A DNA stretch of 64,000 nt from an uncultured Nitrospinota bacterium (lineage in GTDB: Bacteria; Tectomicrobia; Entotheonellia; J063; CAVPRW01). The DNA lies in contig CAVPRW010000011.1 of the NCBI GenBank assembly GCA_963707985.1, forward strand, positions 64,001 to 128,000, in the 5' to 3' direction. A program made the translations under genes and the position numbers. The notes under the pieces were generated by a model, which saw only the letters and a list, made by a program, of their open reading frames with translations, was not told the origin of the DNA and made no database searches. This document shows, piece by piece, positions 21,700 to 33,204 of the stretch; position 1 is the first letter of the stretch; each line of letters begins with the position of its first letter.

Positions 21700-21747
21700 T
21701 AGTCTCTCCTGCTGGGGTCCTTCCTTGCGTTCCTTCTTTCGCACGAC

Positions 21748-23595
21748 TCAGTGAGGGAAGCTATCTTCCCTGTTGAGATCCTCGGTCAAGTCGGTGATGC
21801 GTGCCGCCAGAACGTCTGTGACGTCCAGGGATGCAGTTTCCATGGCCACCACCGAGATCACTCGAACATTGGCTTGCTGCGTGCCGGCCTGGATGTCCTG
21901 TAGCAACCTGGTGCGACACCATTCGGCAATAATGCGTACCAGTCTCACACCAGCCCCAGCATCCTCCAGTGGCTGCTGCACCACCCAACCCAGCACCGGG
22001 AACCAGAAATCGGTGCCGCGCACGGTCTCTTGCCTGAGCAGAGCGCTGAGCACCGACTGCCGTGTGGCAATCCCAAGCTGCTGGCAAACCAGGTCGTCGA
22101 CGCGTTGGACCGTGTCCAGCTTCGCAGGGATCTGGAAAGACCTGTGCAGAAATATTTCCTGCTCGCGCGTGTTGTTCCGGAGATGTTGACTCGCCATAGC
22201 CGGAAATTCGGTCACCCGGCAGCCTGCCGTACCGAACGCTATGGCCTGATAGATGCACCGGTCTTTCAAAGTGTAAAACTCATGTTGAGCGGTTGATAAC
22301 TCCGCCCGCTGACTACGCCGGTCCAGCAGTAAATTGACCATGCCCGGTATCTCAAGCCGCTTCGGTGCAATCGTTTGCCAGCTCGCATAATGAGTCCACG
22401 CAGCAGCCTGGCCATGCTGATGCTGATGCAATGCCACTACCGGATCGAGCCGCTCGGCGGCGGCGAAGACACTGTGCAGCCAGGCCAGTGCTGCCCTGTC
22501 GGTATTGGCCCTGACCAGAACAGGCTCGGGAGCCTGTTGCCAGTGCCGATGAAAAAAGTGTTCTACATCGTGGAGATGGGCCAAACCCTGGGGTATTTGT
22601 GCGGCATCGCCAGCGCCGATCAGCACGACTTTGCCGGGGAAATAGCAGGTGTGTGGCGGATATTCCGGAAAACCGGAGTGGCTGGCAGCATGCAGTTCGA
22701 CCGTCCAGCCGTCACTGGCCAGACGACGACCATGGTAGGCAATCGTCCCCCAGGGAAGGGCACAGATCCGATCATCGTCCGTGAGCAGACGGACACGCAG
22801 TGGATAGCGCGTCGGATCGGCCCTGGGAAGGCTGCCGAACGCTGCCCCCAGGATTTCGCCGCTTTGCCGCACATCGCTTCCGAACAGTAGCTGGAACAGA
22901 TCTTCCCCATCAATGGTATGGCCGGGATAGTGGGACAACATTTCAGGGGTAGGGCAGTCGAGCGCAGGACGTGCAAAATCGGGCGCCTGAGGTAACGAAA
23001 ACCGGTGTTCCCAATAGTCTCGGCGGGCATGGAACATTATGGCCAGTTCGAAGCGTGGGCCGGTTCGGCGCGGCGGCCCGGCCGGTATCGGATCAAGCCA
23101 TTGCGTGACCCGCTCGGCAAGTCGAGCATAAATTGCGGCCCTTTGGCCCTGATCGAGAGTATCGAGCGGCTGTCTTGGATTATGCGCACCAAGGTATGCC
23201 TCCAAGTCTACGGTGCGATGCTGGCCGTCCACTTCAAGCGTAACATTGAAGGCGCCGCTGGGGATCGCGGTGACATACAGAGAGGCGAGCCTGAGCGCTT
23301 TTGCTTCAGCCTGTTGCACCAGATACGGCAGTTCGTGTTGTCGAATGTACTCCGAGGTGAAGAAACGATTGCTCACCAGGAGAATGCCAATGCTCGATTC
23401 CGCGAGCCCCTGCTGGATTTCGGGGTGAAACCTGTCGCCAATGTCAATTTTTTGGTCATCCAACCAGAGATTGCTGGCTATCCTGGGCACAGCCTTCAGC
23501 ACCGGCAACAGTTCGTCCAGAAATGACTTATCGCTATGGCTGTAGCTCATAAAGACTTTGTGTCGCTGCATGGGGGGTTTCCCTGACCTTACCAC
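21748..23595 (-). CDS. TIR-domain multidomain protein, probably internally deleted or truncated
   Basis: KVFMSYSHSD, LWLDD, SNRFFTSEY...ELP; a CHAT-N-like segment (LRVRL...LPW) follows. Confidence 0.75.
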   Translation of the reverse strand: MVRSGKPPMQRHKVFMSYSHSDKSFLDELLPVLKAVPRIASNLWLDDQKIDIGDRFHPEIQQGLAESSIGILLVSNRFFTSEYIRQHELPYLVQQAEAKALRLASLYVTAIPSGAFNVTLEVDGQHRTVDLEAYLGAHNPRQPLDTLDQGQRAAIYARLAERVTQWLDPIPAGPPRRTGPRFELAIMFHARRDYWEHRFSLPQAPDFARPALDCPTPEMLSHYPGHTIDGEDLFQLLFGSDVRQSGEILGAAFGSLPRADPTRYPLRVRLLTDDDRICALPWGTIAYHGRRLASDGWTVELHAASHSGFPEYPPHTCYFPGKVVLIGAGDAAQIPQGLAHLHDVEHFFHRHWQQAPEPVLVRANTDRAALAWLHSVFAAAERLDPVVALHQHQHGQAAAWTHYASWQTIAPKRLEIPGMVNLLLDRRSQRAELSTAQHEFYTLKDRCIYQAIAFGTAGCRVTEFPAMASQHLRNNTREQEIFLHRSFQIPAKLDTVQRVDDLVCQQLGIATRQSVLSALLRQETVRGTDFWFPVLGWVVQQPLEDAGAGVRLVRIIAEWCRTRLLQDIQAGTQQANVRVISVVAMETASLDVTDVLAARITDLTEDLNREDSFPH

Positions 23596-23735
23596 CTGTA
23601 CTTCGTCGGCTGAACATCGCCTGCTTGGCTACGTACACCGCCAGGACGGCACTTCCGTGACATGCTCTGATGATGGCGCGAGCCGCTATAGGTCAGAAGA
23701 ACGGAACAACCTCGGACGACAACGCATTGTCTGGC

Positions 23736-24414
23736 CTAGAAGCCCAGCTCCCAGATGTTCTGCAACTCAAGCACAAATCCTGGCAGGACAGTTTCCCCCG
23801 AAATTGCGATAGGATTGTCCAAACGCTCAACCGGTTGGTTCGGACGATACACGTATATGGCTCGGTTAGCGGCATCGACAAGCCAGCCCAAGCGTGCGCC
23901 ATTGTCGAGGTATTCTTGCATTTTCGCCTGGACAGTGCTCAGGCGGTCCGATGGCGAGCGGATCTCCACCACGAAGTCGGGGCAGAGTGGTAGAAATTTT
24001 TGTTTCTGTTCGGGGGATAAGGGGGCCAGACGTGAGCGCAACACCCAGGCAGACGTCGGGGGCACGCATGGCACCGTTGGGCAACAAATAACCCGCGGAC
24101 GATCCGGTGGTAACGCCGGTACCATCATGCCAGGCCCACTGCGTTAACAACGTCACAAGAGTGATGGTGCGATTCCCTGTCTCCCATCCCTCAGGCGCCA
24201 TGATCACCAAATCCCCCTCGGCTGTCCGCTCGATCCACAGCTCCTGATTGATCTGGCACAACTCAAACAATTGGTCATCGGTAAGCTTGATGACCGGCCG
24301 CAAATGCAAGAGAAATCTATCGGGCTCAACCTGATTGATCACCTTGGTTGTAGCTGCGTTTTTTGATGTGATTTCTGCAGACATCTCCACGGTCTCCATA
24401 AAGGCCCACACCAT
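23736..24414 (-). CDS. Uma2 family endonuclease (frameshift near 24050)
   Basis: IERTAEG, LPNGAMRAPD, CPDFVVEIRSPSD and GARLGWL motifs. Confidence 0.88.
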
Positions 24415-24921
24415 GCTTCAAAGCGCGGGGGGGTGGAGAAGATTTCGGCTCCTTGGGCGTGTGCGCGCAAGTGTAGCGAGCGTTGCTCGATGTGTCAATG
24501 TAACTCCTCGAATGGTCAAGAGATGAACCCGCTACCATCCTTCTTCTCCCTATTGTTTCAGCTTGGCTCACAGCAGGAGATGATACCCAAACTAACCTGA
24601 AGGTAAAGCATTACGACAACACTGCTTTTTCAACTCTGTACGAGAAATAGTAGCGCCGAAGACAGCATGCCCCCATTGTTTTTACGGGACAAAGTCGGTA
24701 TAGCAGAGGAGACAGGATTGTTGGTCAATCCCTTGGGTACGCAGCGAGTGAGACTTGATGTCCAAACAGCGATCACTCCAACAGCCCCCCTGAGTGCCCT
24801 CCATGATCTGCTGCCAGACATCTATTTCAGCTATTTCAGCAAGCCGTCAATGCCTCGCTATACTATTCAGGTTCGACCATGTATGCTGCGGACTTCTGAA
24901 AGGAACGGCTAGGCGATCTGT

Positions 24922-26518
24922 TTGATGCGGACTGTGGCACTGCTCGTGGGCGTGGTCCTGCTCTCCGGGGGAATCGCCGGAGCCTGGAAGGTGACTGTCA
25001 ATGGTCGCCCGACGAGTGATATGGATAACGCGGCGTCAGTGGGGGTAGATTCACATACCGGCAGTATATTTGTTGCAGGTCGTCGTCAGGTGTCCTCCGA
25101 CCTATCGCAATTTCTTGTTGTGAAATTTGCTTCGGACGGTAGAAGAATATGGCAAGAGGTCGTCGAAGGCTCCGCGGACGTTGGTGTGAGGGCTGGTGCC
25201 GCAACGGTGGCAGTCGATTCCAAGGGCTTCGTGTTTGTGGAGGGCACGATTGGCAATAGGGATTCCGCGGCCGACTTCGTGATCATGAAAATCGACGGCC
25301 GGAGCCCGCGAAAACGCGTACTCTGGACACGGGTGGTCAACGGATTCGGATTCGATGACAGCGTGAACGCGATGGTGCTCACACCCGATGGCGGAGTGGC
25401 GGTAGGTGGACTTGTGAGCATCGCCAGTGGAGCGCACAATTTCTATCTGAACGATTGGAGGGTGAATGGTGCGGACATCGGCACATCCCTGAGCATCGCT
25501 TCCAACGGTGACATTGTTGCCGGGGGCACGACTGCCCAAGCTGACTTTTCAGTCTTCAGATTCAGCGGGACAGGCATTCCTTTGTGGCAGACAATCATCG
25601 ATCGGGGGGTTTCTGGCGCGCTTCGCACGGTCGCTATTAGCGTCCATGGCGATATTATCGCTGGTGGGACTCTGAGGCCGGCCTCGGGCCCCCATAACTC
25701 TGCATTTTTCGTTGCCTGCCTTGCTGCAGACGGACATGAACGCTGGCGCTATGAGAGCCCTCGCATGGCCTCCTTTCTTGAGGCACGCGCCATAGCGTTT
25801 GACGATCGCGGCAACCCTGTCGTCACCGGGTGGACGCAGGAGAACCCGGCGGCGCTCAGCACCTTTTCGGTGATCGCTTTCAACAAAGATACGGGCGGTG
25901 TTGTGGAACATGCCGATCATAGGGACCGCACCCTTCACGAACGCAGGGAATGCTGTTGTAGTGCTCCCCCAGACTGACGCGGCGATAGCCGTCGGTGTGA
26001 CGCAGAACGACCGTTCGTCGTTCGATATGACGGTGGCCAGTATTACAGCAGGACATGAGGACTGGCGGCAGGTCATTACCGGCCGCGGAAAGCGTGTTGA
26101 TCGCGATGATGCAGTCCTTGCTATGAGCATCGATCCGCGGCGGAAGACCGTTGGCTTGGCGGGCTATGCCCAGATCACAGCTGCTGGTCTACTGGGAACG
26201 CCACACGAATTCAGGGTCGTGAAGATTGGACACAACGGTATCATCGCCTGGAAGTATGATCTTGACGATCAGTCCCTGCATCTCGACAATGCCGCGTTGG
26301 CCCTCACAGTTGATATGAGCGGTGATTTCTTTGCGGCTGGCGTAATCACCGAGAACCCCACTGGGCCGGATAGGTTTGCCGTCGGATTGGATGTCGACGG
26401 CGGCGGCCTCGCGTGTGGTTCACGAGCGCGGAATGTGGCCTCTCGTTCGATGGTGCTGTCACATGTGCTTGACGAGAGCATGGGGAGGCCTGCTAAGTTG
26501 TTGATGCGGGAGCCGTAG
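24922..26518 (+). CDS. Secreted beta-propeller repeat protein (frameshift near 25900)
   Basis: Signal peptide and repeated A.A.D..G...V.G ... F.V.K....G...W units. Confidence 0.7.
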
Positions 26519-26607
26519 ATGCGGATACACGCTTGACCCAGCCTGCCGCTTCCGGCTACCATGATGCACGCGAACACTAAGTGTCCTCACCAACAGAGGA
26601 GGAGGTC

Positions 26608-27849
26608 ATGGCGAGCACGTCTACTACACAACAGACCTATAACGTCGGCGGCGTGATGCTGCAGCAGCCCTTCAAGATCCGCCGGCTGGGCCATTTCGGT
26701 TTCAACGTCGCCAACATGGAGCAGGCGGTACACTTCTATCGCGATCTCCTGGGGTTCAGGGTCTCAGATATCCTGGACTTTAAGCAGCTCCCGCACATGC
26801 GCGATGCGCTGCAGCATGTCGAAGACGGTCGGGGATACTTCTTCCATCATGGCCATGACCATCACACCTTCGTGCTGTTCCCCAAGCAGGTGATGGATGC
26901 ATTCATGGCGGCCGGTGGCGGCGGCGGTGGCGGCGGTCAGGTGACGATCAACCAGATCACCTGGCAGACCGGTTCGCTGGCCGAAGTCGTACACGGTGCG
27001 CACTTCTTCCGAGACAGGGGAATCCCCATCCAGCGGGTCGGACGCGACATGCCGGGAAGCAACTGGCATGTCTACCCCAAAGACCCCGATGGCCATGTCA
27101 ACGAGCTCTATTACGGCATCGAGCAGATCGGCTGGCTCGGACGCAGCAAGCCACAGGCGATGTATTACCGCAAGTTCAGTGAAGAGCCCTCCCTGCCCCA
27201 GATGTCGGAGGAGGCGGAGGTCGAGGAGGCGGTCCAAAAGGGCATCGATATCTACTCGGGCTTTCGCGACGAACCGACCCTTCCCGCCAGATACGATGTG
27301 GAAGGGGTGATGCTCGCCCGTCCCTTCGCCATCACCAAGATCGGCCCGGTCGGCCTGTTCGTACAGGACCTGCAGGCCGCCCTGGACTTCTACGTCGACA
27401 GCCTGGGATTCAAGCTCACCGAGGAGGGGGCATATCGCGGCTATCGGTTAGCCTTCCTCAGGCATGGCGCCGAGCATCACAGCCTGGCCCTGTTCCCCAG
27501 GGAACTGCGGCTGGAACTGGGGTGCAGCCCGCACACGACCTCAGCGTCGTTTGGGATCGAGGTCGGGAGCTACAGCCAGTTACGTCATGCGGTCGCCTTC
27601 CTGAAAGAACAGGGCGTGACCTTCAAGGAACTGCCGTCGGAGCTTCATCCAGGGGTCGATTATGCGGCCTACGCCGAGGACCCCGATGGGCATCTTATCC
27701 AGCTGTATTATTACATGGAGCAGCTGGGATGGGACGGCAAGCCGCGGCCACAGGAGCTGAGAAGGCAGGTCAGTCGGGACTGGCCGGAGACGCTGGAGCC
27801 CCTATCGGATACGTATATGGACCAGGTCTACCAGGGTCCATTAGGGTAA
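26608..27849 (+). CDS. Two-domain VOC/glyoxalase-family protein
   Basis: LGHFG, FYRDLLGF, two DPDGH motifs, EHHS. Confidence 0.85.
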   Translation: MASTSTTQQTYNVGGVMLQQPFKIRRLGHFGFNVANMEQAVHFYRDLLGFRVSDILDFKQLPHMRDALQHVEDGRGYFFHHGHDHHTFVLFPKQVMDAFMAAGGGGGGGGQVTINQITWQTGSLAEVVHGAHFFRDRGIPIQRVGRDMPGSNWHVYPKDPDGHVNELYYGIEQIGWLGRSKPQAMYYRKFSEEPSLPQMSEEAEVEEAVQKGIDIYSGFRDEPTLPARYDVEGVMLARPFAITKIGPVGLFVQDLQAALDFYVDSLGFKLTEEGAYRGYRLAFLRHGAEHHSLALFPRELRLELGCSPHTTSASFGIEVGSYSQLRHAVAFLKEQGVTFKELPSELHPGVDYAAYAEDPDGHLIQLYYYMEQLGWDGKPRPQELRRQVSRDWPETLEPLSDTYMDQVYQGPLG

Positions 27850-27886
27850 GACAGTTGTCGTGCATATCTCGAATAAGGAGACAACC

Positions 27887-28960
27887 ATGGCTATTACCCT
27901 GTCGCACGGCGGACCGACGATTTATCGCTCTGCTGCGCCTTCCAAGCACGTGTTGGTCGGCACCATTCAAGGAGTGGTGTGCATCGAGCGTGACCCCAAT
28001 GGCCCGGGCTGGCATGTAGCCTCCCGCTCGTTGACCGATAAGCATATCCATGCCCTCCTCATCGAGCCCGATAGCGGCACGATCTTCGCGGGGGCGAATC
28101 ACGGCTCGATGTTCGCCAGCAGCGATGACGGCCACACCTGGGAGCCCAGAGACACGGGTCTGACGGAGCATGACGTCTATAGCCTCGCCTGCACCCGAGT
28201 GAACGGTGGCACACGTGTGTTTGCCGGAACGGAACCGGCGCACCTGTTCTATAGCGACGATCTGGGCCGCAACTGGAGTGAGCTTCCGGCCCTACGATCG
28301 GTGGATATGTCGAAATGGGGCTTTCCAGCCCCGCCGCATATCGCCCATACCAAACACATCAACTTCCACCCGAGCGAGCCTCATACGCTGTTGATCGGCA
28401 TCGAGCAGGGCGGCCTGCTGAAGAGCACCGATGATGGCCGCACGTTCCAAGTGGTCCACGGGATGGATGATGACGTGCATCGCATCGTGGTCAATCCGCT
28501 GAATCCTGACCAGATCCATATCACCACGGGCGTCGGCATGTACGTGACCGCCGATGGCGGCAAGACCTGGGAGCAATGGACCGATCTGCAGCACGAGATC
28601 GGGGGCTATCCCGACCTCCTGGTGCAGCATCCGCGCCAGCCACAGCTGATGTTCGTGGCGTCGGCCCGCAAGGGTCCAGGTGCCTGGTTTCAGGAGCATT
28701 ATGCGGGTTCGCGTATCTCGATGAGCAGCGACGGCGGCAAGACCTGGCAAGCGGTGCGCCAAGGCTTTCCCGATCGGCTGCGGACGGCCTTCGAGGCCAT
28801 GTGCCTGGAAGACTGGGGGGAATCCTTTTCCCTCCTGGCGGCAACGGCCACCGGTGAGGTGTGGTGCAGCGATGACGGCGGCGAGCATTGGACTGAAGTG
28901 ATCAGTGGTCTGGCGCCGGTCTCCAAGGGGAATCATTACGCCGCCTTCGCGACAGCGTGA
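27887..28960 (+). CDS. BNR/Asp-box beta-propeller protein
   Basis: Multiple SxDxGxTW repeats; GTEPA and GIEQGG motifs. Confidence 0.85.
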   Translation: MAITLSHGGPTIYRSAAPSKHVLVGTIQGVVCIERDPNGPGWHVASRSLTDKHIHALLIEPDSGTIFAGANHGSMFASSDDGHTWEPRDTGLTEHDVYSLACTRVNGGTRVFAGTEPAHLFYSDDLGRNWSELPALRSVDMSKWGFPAPPHIAHTKHINFHPSEPHTLLIGIEQGGLLKSTDDGRTFQVVHGMDDDVHRIVVNPLNPDQIHITTGVGMYVTADGGKTWEQWTDLQHEIGGYPDLLVQHPRQPQLMFVASARKGPGAWFQEHYAGSRISMSSDGGKTWQAVRQGFPDRLRTAFEAMCLEDWGESFSLLAATATGEVWCSDDGGEHWTEVISGLAPVSKGNHYAAFATA

Positions 28961-29138
28961 GGGCTCGCCCGATGCGCCTGGGTGTCAGGTCAAGCGACGC
29001 ACTCAGGCAGCATAGGGAGATTCTCTCTTGCACCCGGCATTGCCCAGCCGACTGCAGTGGAGTATAGTAGCGGCTATTCGGGAGCCCATATCGGTTGTCG
29101 ATCAATACAATGTCACACGTCTCTAGGGAGGGGATATC

Positions 29139-29594
29139 ATGGTAAAGCCGAAGCGCATAGGACACCTGGTGCTCAACGTGAAGGACGTGGAGGCTTCCAC
29201 CAAGTTCTATACTGAGATTTTGGGATTTGAGGTCTCGCTGCAGCGCCCAGATGGCTCAGGAACCTTTCTGACCTGTGGCAAGATCCATCATGATCTGGCG
29301 CTGTTCAAAGCCCCAGAAGACGCGGCTCCAGTGACGCCCGGCAGCCTCGGTCTGAATCATTTCGCCGTTCAGGTGGAAGACCTGGACGCACTCAAGGAGG
29401 TGTATCATACCCTCCAGGAGCAAGGTGTTCCTATCCAACGGACCACTGATCACACCATGACCAAGAGCGTCTATTTCCATGATCCCGACGGCAACCGCAT
29501 CGAGTTCTTCTGCAACAGCTTCGAGACGGCCGCAGAAGGCTTAGCCGAGATGAGTCGCCCCGGCCGGAAGAACGCGGCGCTGGTGTTGGACTAG
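29139..29594 (+). CDS. VOC family protein
   Basis: IGHLVL, HHDLAL, LNHFA and YFHDPDGNRIE motifs. Confidence 0.88.
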   Translation: MVKPKRIGHLVLNVKDVEASTKFYTEILGFEVSLQRPDGSGTFLTCGKIHHDLALFKAPEDAAPVTPGSLGLNHFAVQVEDLDALKEVYHTLQEQGVPIQRTTDHTMTKSVYFHDPDGNRIEFFCNSFETAAEGLAEMSRPGRKNAALVLD

Positions 29595-29603
29595 CAGGTA
29601 CTT

Positions 29604-29637
29604 CCTGGCCCAGGCGACATGTCCGTGCTGGGCCAGG
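29604..29637 (+). terminator. Hairpin after the VOC gene
   Basis: cctggcccag...ctgggccagg 10-bp dyad; no U-tract. Confidence 0.3.
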
Positions 29638-30059
29638 CAGTACCCTGCCTGCTCGTGTGAGGCATGGGCCGAGCAGCACGCACGCGATACCGTCGGCGCC
29701 ACCAATCCCGCGCCACATACTGCTGGACTCAGGGCTAAGTTAAGGGGCTGTCGAAGTTTGGAAATGGATCAGCACTTGTGGTCTATGCCGGTCCTCGCCC
29801 CTAACTGTAGGTTCCCCGCCTTTATCATCGAGCATCTAGCCAACCGCACCGCAGTTTGATCGACAAGTTACCAGCACATCAACGCGGGATGAAACGACGG
29901 CCTCAACATCGACGCGCCAATAAAGAAAGCAATCCACGCATCACTTAATGTCGAGGGCCTCATGAACTCCGTGGGTTGCACTCGCAGGGGCACCGCAAGC
30001 TTAACGATCAATTTGGCCATAGTCGGGGGCCAATGGTGAACCCCAGAGAGGAGGCACCG

Positions 30060-31856
30060 ATGAGCCTGGACAAACCGCAATATGTTTCTGACCTGGTTGT
30101 GTACCTGCTTCACGAGCTGGGCGTCGAGTATGCCACACTGAATCCAGGTGCCACGACGCGTGGGCTGCATGAATCGCTAGTGACATACGGGGGTAACAAA
30201 GCGCCCGAAGTGATCACCTGCTGTCACGAAGAGATCGCCGTGGCCATGGCTGAGGGCTATTATCTGGCCACAGGCCGGCCCCAGGCCACCCTGGTGCACA
30301 ACATCGTGGGCCTGCAGCATGCCAGCAAAGCCATCTACGAAGCCTGGTTGAATAACGTGCCGATGCTCATTCTTGGCGGCACCGGGCCACTGGATGCCAG
30401 CCATCGGCGTCCCTGGATCGACTGGATTCACACGGCGCAGGTGCAAGGCCAGCTGGTCAGGGATTACGTCAAGTGGGATGACCAACCACAGGGAGCCTTG
30501 AGCGCCGCCGAATCCGTCCTTAGAGCCTATCAGATCGCCATGACCGACCCCAAAGGTCCGGTCTACCTCTGCTTCGATGTCGAGCTACAGGAGAGCCCAC
30601 TACCCGAGGATTTTCAGCTCCCCGATCTGACGCGGTACCGCCCTCCGGCTCCTCCTGCGGGCAACGCTGAGGCCATCGCCACAGCGGCGCAAGCACTTCT
30701 GGAAGCAGAGTGGCCCGTGTTGGTGGTCGAAGGGCTGGGCCGGACATCGGGTGGAACCGAGGCGCTGCAATCCCTAGCCGAGCTGCTGGGCATCCCTGTG
30801 CTCGAACAGGGCGCGGCTTTCAACCTCCCCAATCGTCATCCTCTGAATCTCACCGGTGCCAACATGGAAGTGCTCAAGGATGCAGACCTGGTCGTCAGCA
30901 TCGACGTTCGGGACATCGAAGCGGTCCTGAAGCGACCGGTGTCTGAGCCCGGAATCGTGCCTGATGGCTTACCGAGGACACCCAGTGGCTACAACCGACG
31001 CTACGAAAGTCTGACCTCGGCGGGGACCAAGTTCGCGCGTATCGGCGTGGCCGATTATGGCGTCAAGAGCTGGCCCAGCAGCTATGGCCGGCTCTACCCC
31101 GCGGATGTAGCCATACTGGGAGAGGCGACACAAGTCCTTCGAGAGTTGACGCGTCTATGTCGGGAAGGCATGACGGGCGCGGTACAGAGCCGGGCAGCGG
31201 CCAGATCGGCGCGCGCCGCGAAGATTCACAGCAGCACCTATGAGCGCTTTCAAAAGGACCTCCAAGAGCGCTGGTGGGAACAGAAGCCCACCGCGACCGC
31301 CCGGTTGGCCGCGGAGGTCTGGGAAGCCATCAAAGGTGAGAACTGGGTCTTAGCCCATGGCTCGCTGAGCGGCTGGGAGCGGCGGTTGTGGGAGATCACC
31401 GAGGCCTCGCGGTGCGTCGCCGGTGGAGGGGGGACCGGTACGGGCATGGGAGTGGCACTGGGGGTAGCGCTGGCGTTCAGAGGCACAGGCAACGTCTGCG
31501 TCAGCATCCAGAACGACGGCGATCTGCTCTATACGCCAGGCTCGCTGTGGACCGCGGCTGCCCACGATATCCCCATGCTGGTAGTGATGTTCAACAACCG
31601 ATCCTATTATCAGGACGTCGGGCATCAGACCGCCATCACCAAAATACGCCAACGTCCTCTGGATCATGTAGGAGTGGGGGTCAATCTGGATCGTCCCGCC
31701 ACCGATTTCGCCATGTTAGCCAGGAGCTTTAACCTTTATGGTGACGGCCCCATCCTCGACGTCGAGGCAATCCGCCCGGCCTTGGCACGTGGGCTCAAGG
31801 TGGTGAAGGAGGAGAGGAGGCTCGCTCTCATCGACACCATCACGCAGGCTCGGTGA
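30060..31856 (+). CDS. Thiamine-diphosphate-dependent enzyme
   Basis: NPG, HEEIAVAMAEGY, NDGD...NN TPP motif. Confidence 0.88.
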   Translation: MSLDKPQYVSDLVVYLLHELGVEYATLNPGATTRGLHESLVTYGGNKAPEVITCCHEEIAVAMAEGYYLATGRPQATLVHNIVGLQHASKAIYEAWLNNVPMLILGGTGPLDASHRRPWIDWIHTAQVQGQLVRDYVKWDDQPQGALSAAESVLRAYQIAMTDPKGPVYLCFDVELQESPLPEDFQLPDLTRYRPPAPPAGNAEAIATAAQALLEAEWPVLVVEGLGRTSGGTEALQSLAELLGIPVLEQGAAFNLPNRHPLNLTGANMEVLKDADLVVSIDVRDIEAVLKRPVSEPGIVPDGLPRTPSGYNRRYESLTSAGTKFARIGVADYGVKSWPSSYGRLYPADVAILGEATQVLRELTRLCREGMTGAVQSRAAARSARAAKIHSSTYERFQKDLQERWWEQKPTATARLAAEVWEAIKGENWVLAHGSLSGWERRLWEITEASRCVAGGGGTGTGMGVALGVALAFRGTGNVCVSIQNDGDLLYTPGSLWTAAAHDIPMLVVMFNNRSYYQDVGHQTAITKIRQRPLDHVGVGVNLDRPATDFAMLARSFNLYGDGPILDVEAIRPALARGLKVVKEERRLALIDTITQAR

Positions 31857-31977
31857 CGCGGAACACAGCGTATTGGGTAGTGCTCGCCTCTCAAGATTGA
31901 GATTGTCGAGAAACGCCCGCGCCTGGGCAAACTGCACATGATCGCTAGCCCCTTCAGCGCGCAGGGCCAGCAGGGCT

Positions 31978-32880
31978 TCATACAAGTTGACCGCTCTGGC
32001 TGGATTGCCAGCCAGCCCGGCGGTATGCGCCGCTCCGTAGAGCGCGAGGTGGGCCCGGCCGGAACTGGCTAGCCGAGGCCAGCACCAAGGGCTTCCAGCG
32101 CCGCAGCTCATTGACGCCGATGGGATCCTTCCCCTGCCAGAGGCCAGGACCGACCGGCACCGTATCCGCGTACGTCGTCTCGTCCAGCTGGAGGTACGCA
32201 ATTACCCGGGCCGCGACAGCCCGGCCGAGTTCGAGCCCGGCACGGGCATCGCTTGGATACACGACACCGGCCAGCACACGGCTGTGCGCTGCTTCTTTGG
32301 CCACCTCAGCCAAGCGCTGCGCCTCCTCGGGGAAGAGATGGGCGAGTACAGCAGCGCCCGCACCAGCGGCGACCGCATGCTCACATGGATAGGACGGGCT
32401 GTGGGGCGCTGGCAGCACGGTCACGAGTTGAGCATCCGCCTCGCTGGGCCGGCGCCGGTTATAGGCATATTTCGAGTCCCAGGCGGCAATCAACGCATCG
32501 TGGAGCGCCACGTTCAGCATGGCGAAGGCGCGGATCCCGTCAACTCCGTTGAGATTCTGGGCGACGCGGGTGTCGATGAGCATGTCGTTCCAGCGGTGTG
32601 CGGGTGACCAGAAGTCCCAGTACCGGATGCGCTCGAGCGCGGCAGCATCGCGCTGCCCGGCCAGGGTGCGCAACTCTTGGATCTCGATCGCCGTTGCCTG
32701 GGCATCCGACGGTGGCGCCAGGCGGAGTTCCTGGCCCGAGGCGAGGACCCAGGTATGCCACCCCCCCGCACCCGGCTCGATGGGGCCCGTGGCCATCTGC
32801 GCTGAGGCAGTCAACACCACGCCAGCCAACAGGCAGCTTACCAACACCAGCACAATGTGACGGTTCGCTCGATGACCCAT
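31978..32880 (-). pseudogene. Secreted PAP2/vanadium haloperoxidase-like protein, C-terminally truncated
   Basis: WDSKYAYNRRRP, PSYPCEHA, SRVLAGVVYPSD; a second repeat starts (WKPLVLAS) and then breaks off. Confidence 0.7.
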
Positions 32881-33204
32881 GATCAGTCCTCCCTTCCTCA
32901 GTGATCGGTTCCGCCACATGTCGTTCGACGCGGAAACCCATACATCCATGACGTATCACCGGCGCCAACGGTGACGATACCCCTCTCTCCGTTTCTCACG
33001 GTTGGACGCTCTCCTCTCTGCCCAGAAGCGTTCAGCGGCATAGAGGAGCTGGGGCCTCGGCATCCAGCGCGATTTGGGCATGGGACCCTTGGCCTCGCCC
33101 TCCAGACACCTCCCCTCGGCGTCGCAGTCATTCACCGCACTGTCTGTTCCCTCGCACGTCGGCTTGGTGCGAAGCCTGGCGCACCTGGATTATCATAGCC
33201 AGAA

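Noticed and set aside
23596..24900. attC sites around the TIR and Uma2 genes
   Set aside because: No RYYYAAC...GTTRRRY pair with complementary L boxes was found by eye.
26909..26937. GGC/GGT microsatellite as a phase-variation tract
   Set aside because: In-frame triplets encoding a poly-Gly linker.
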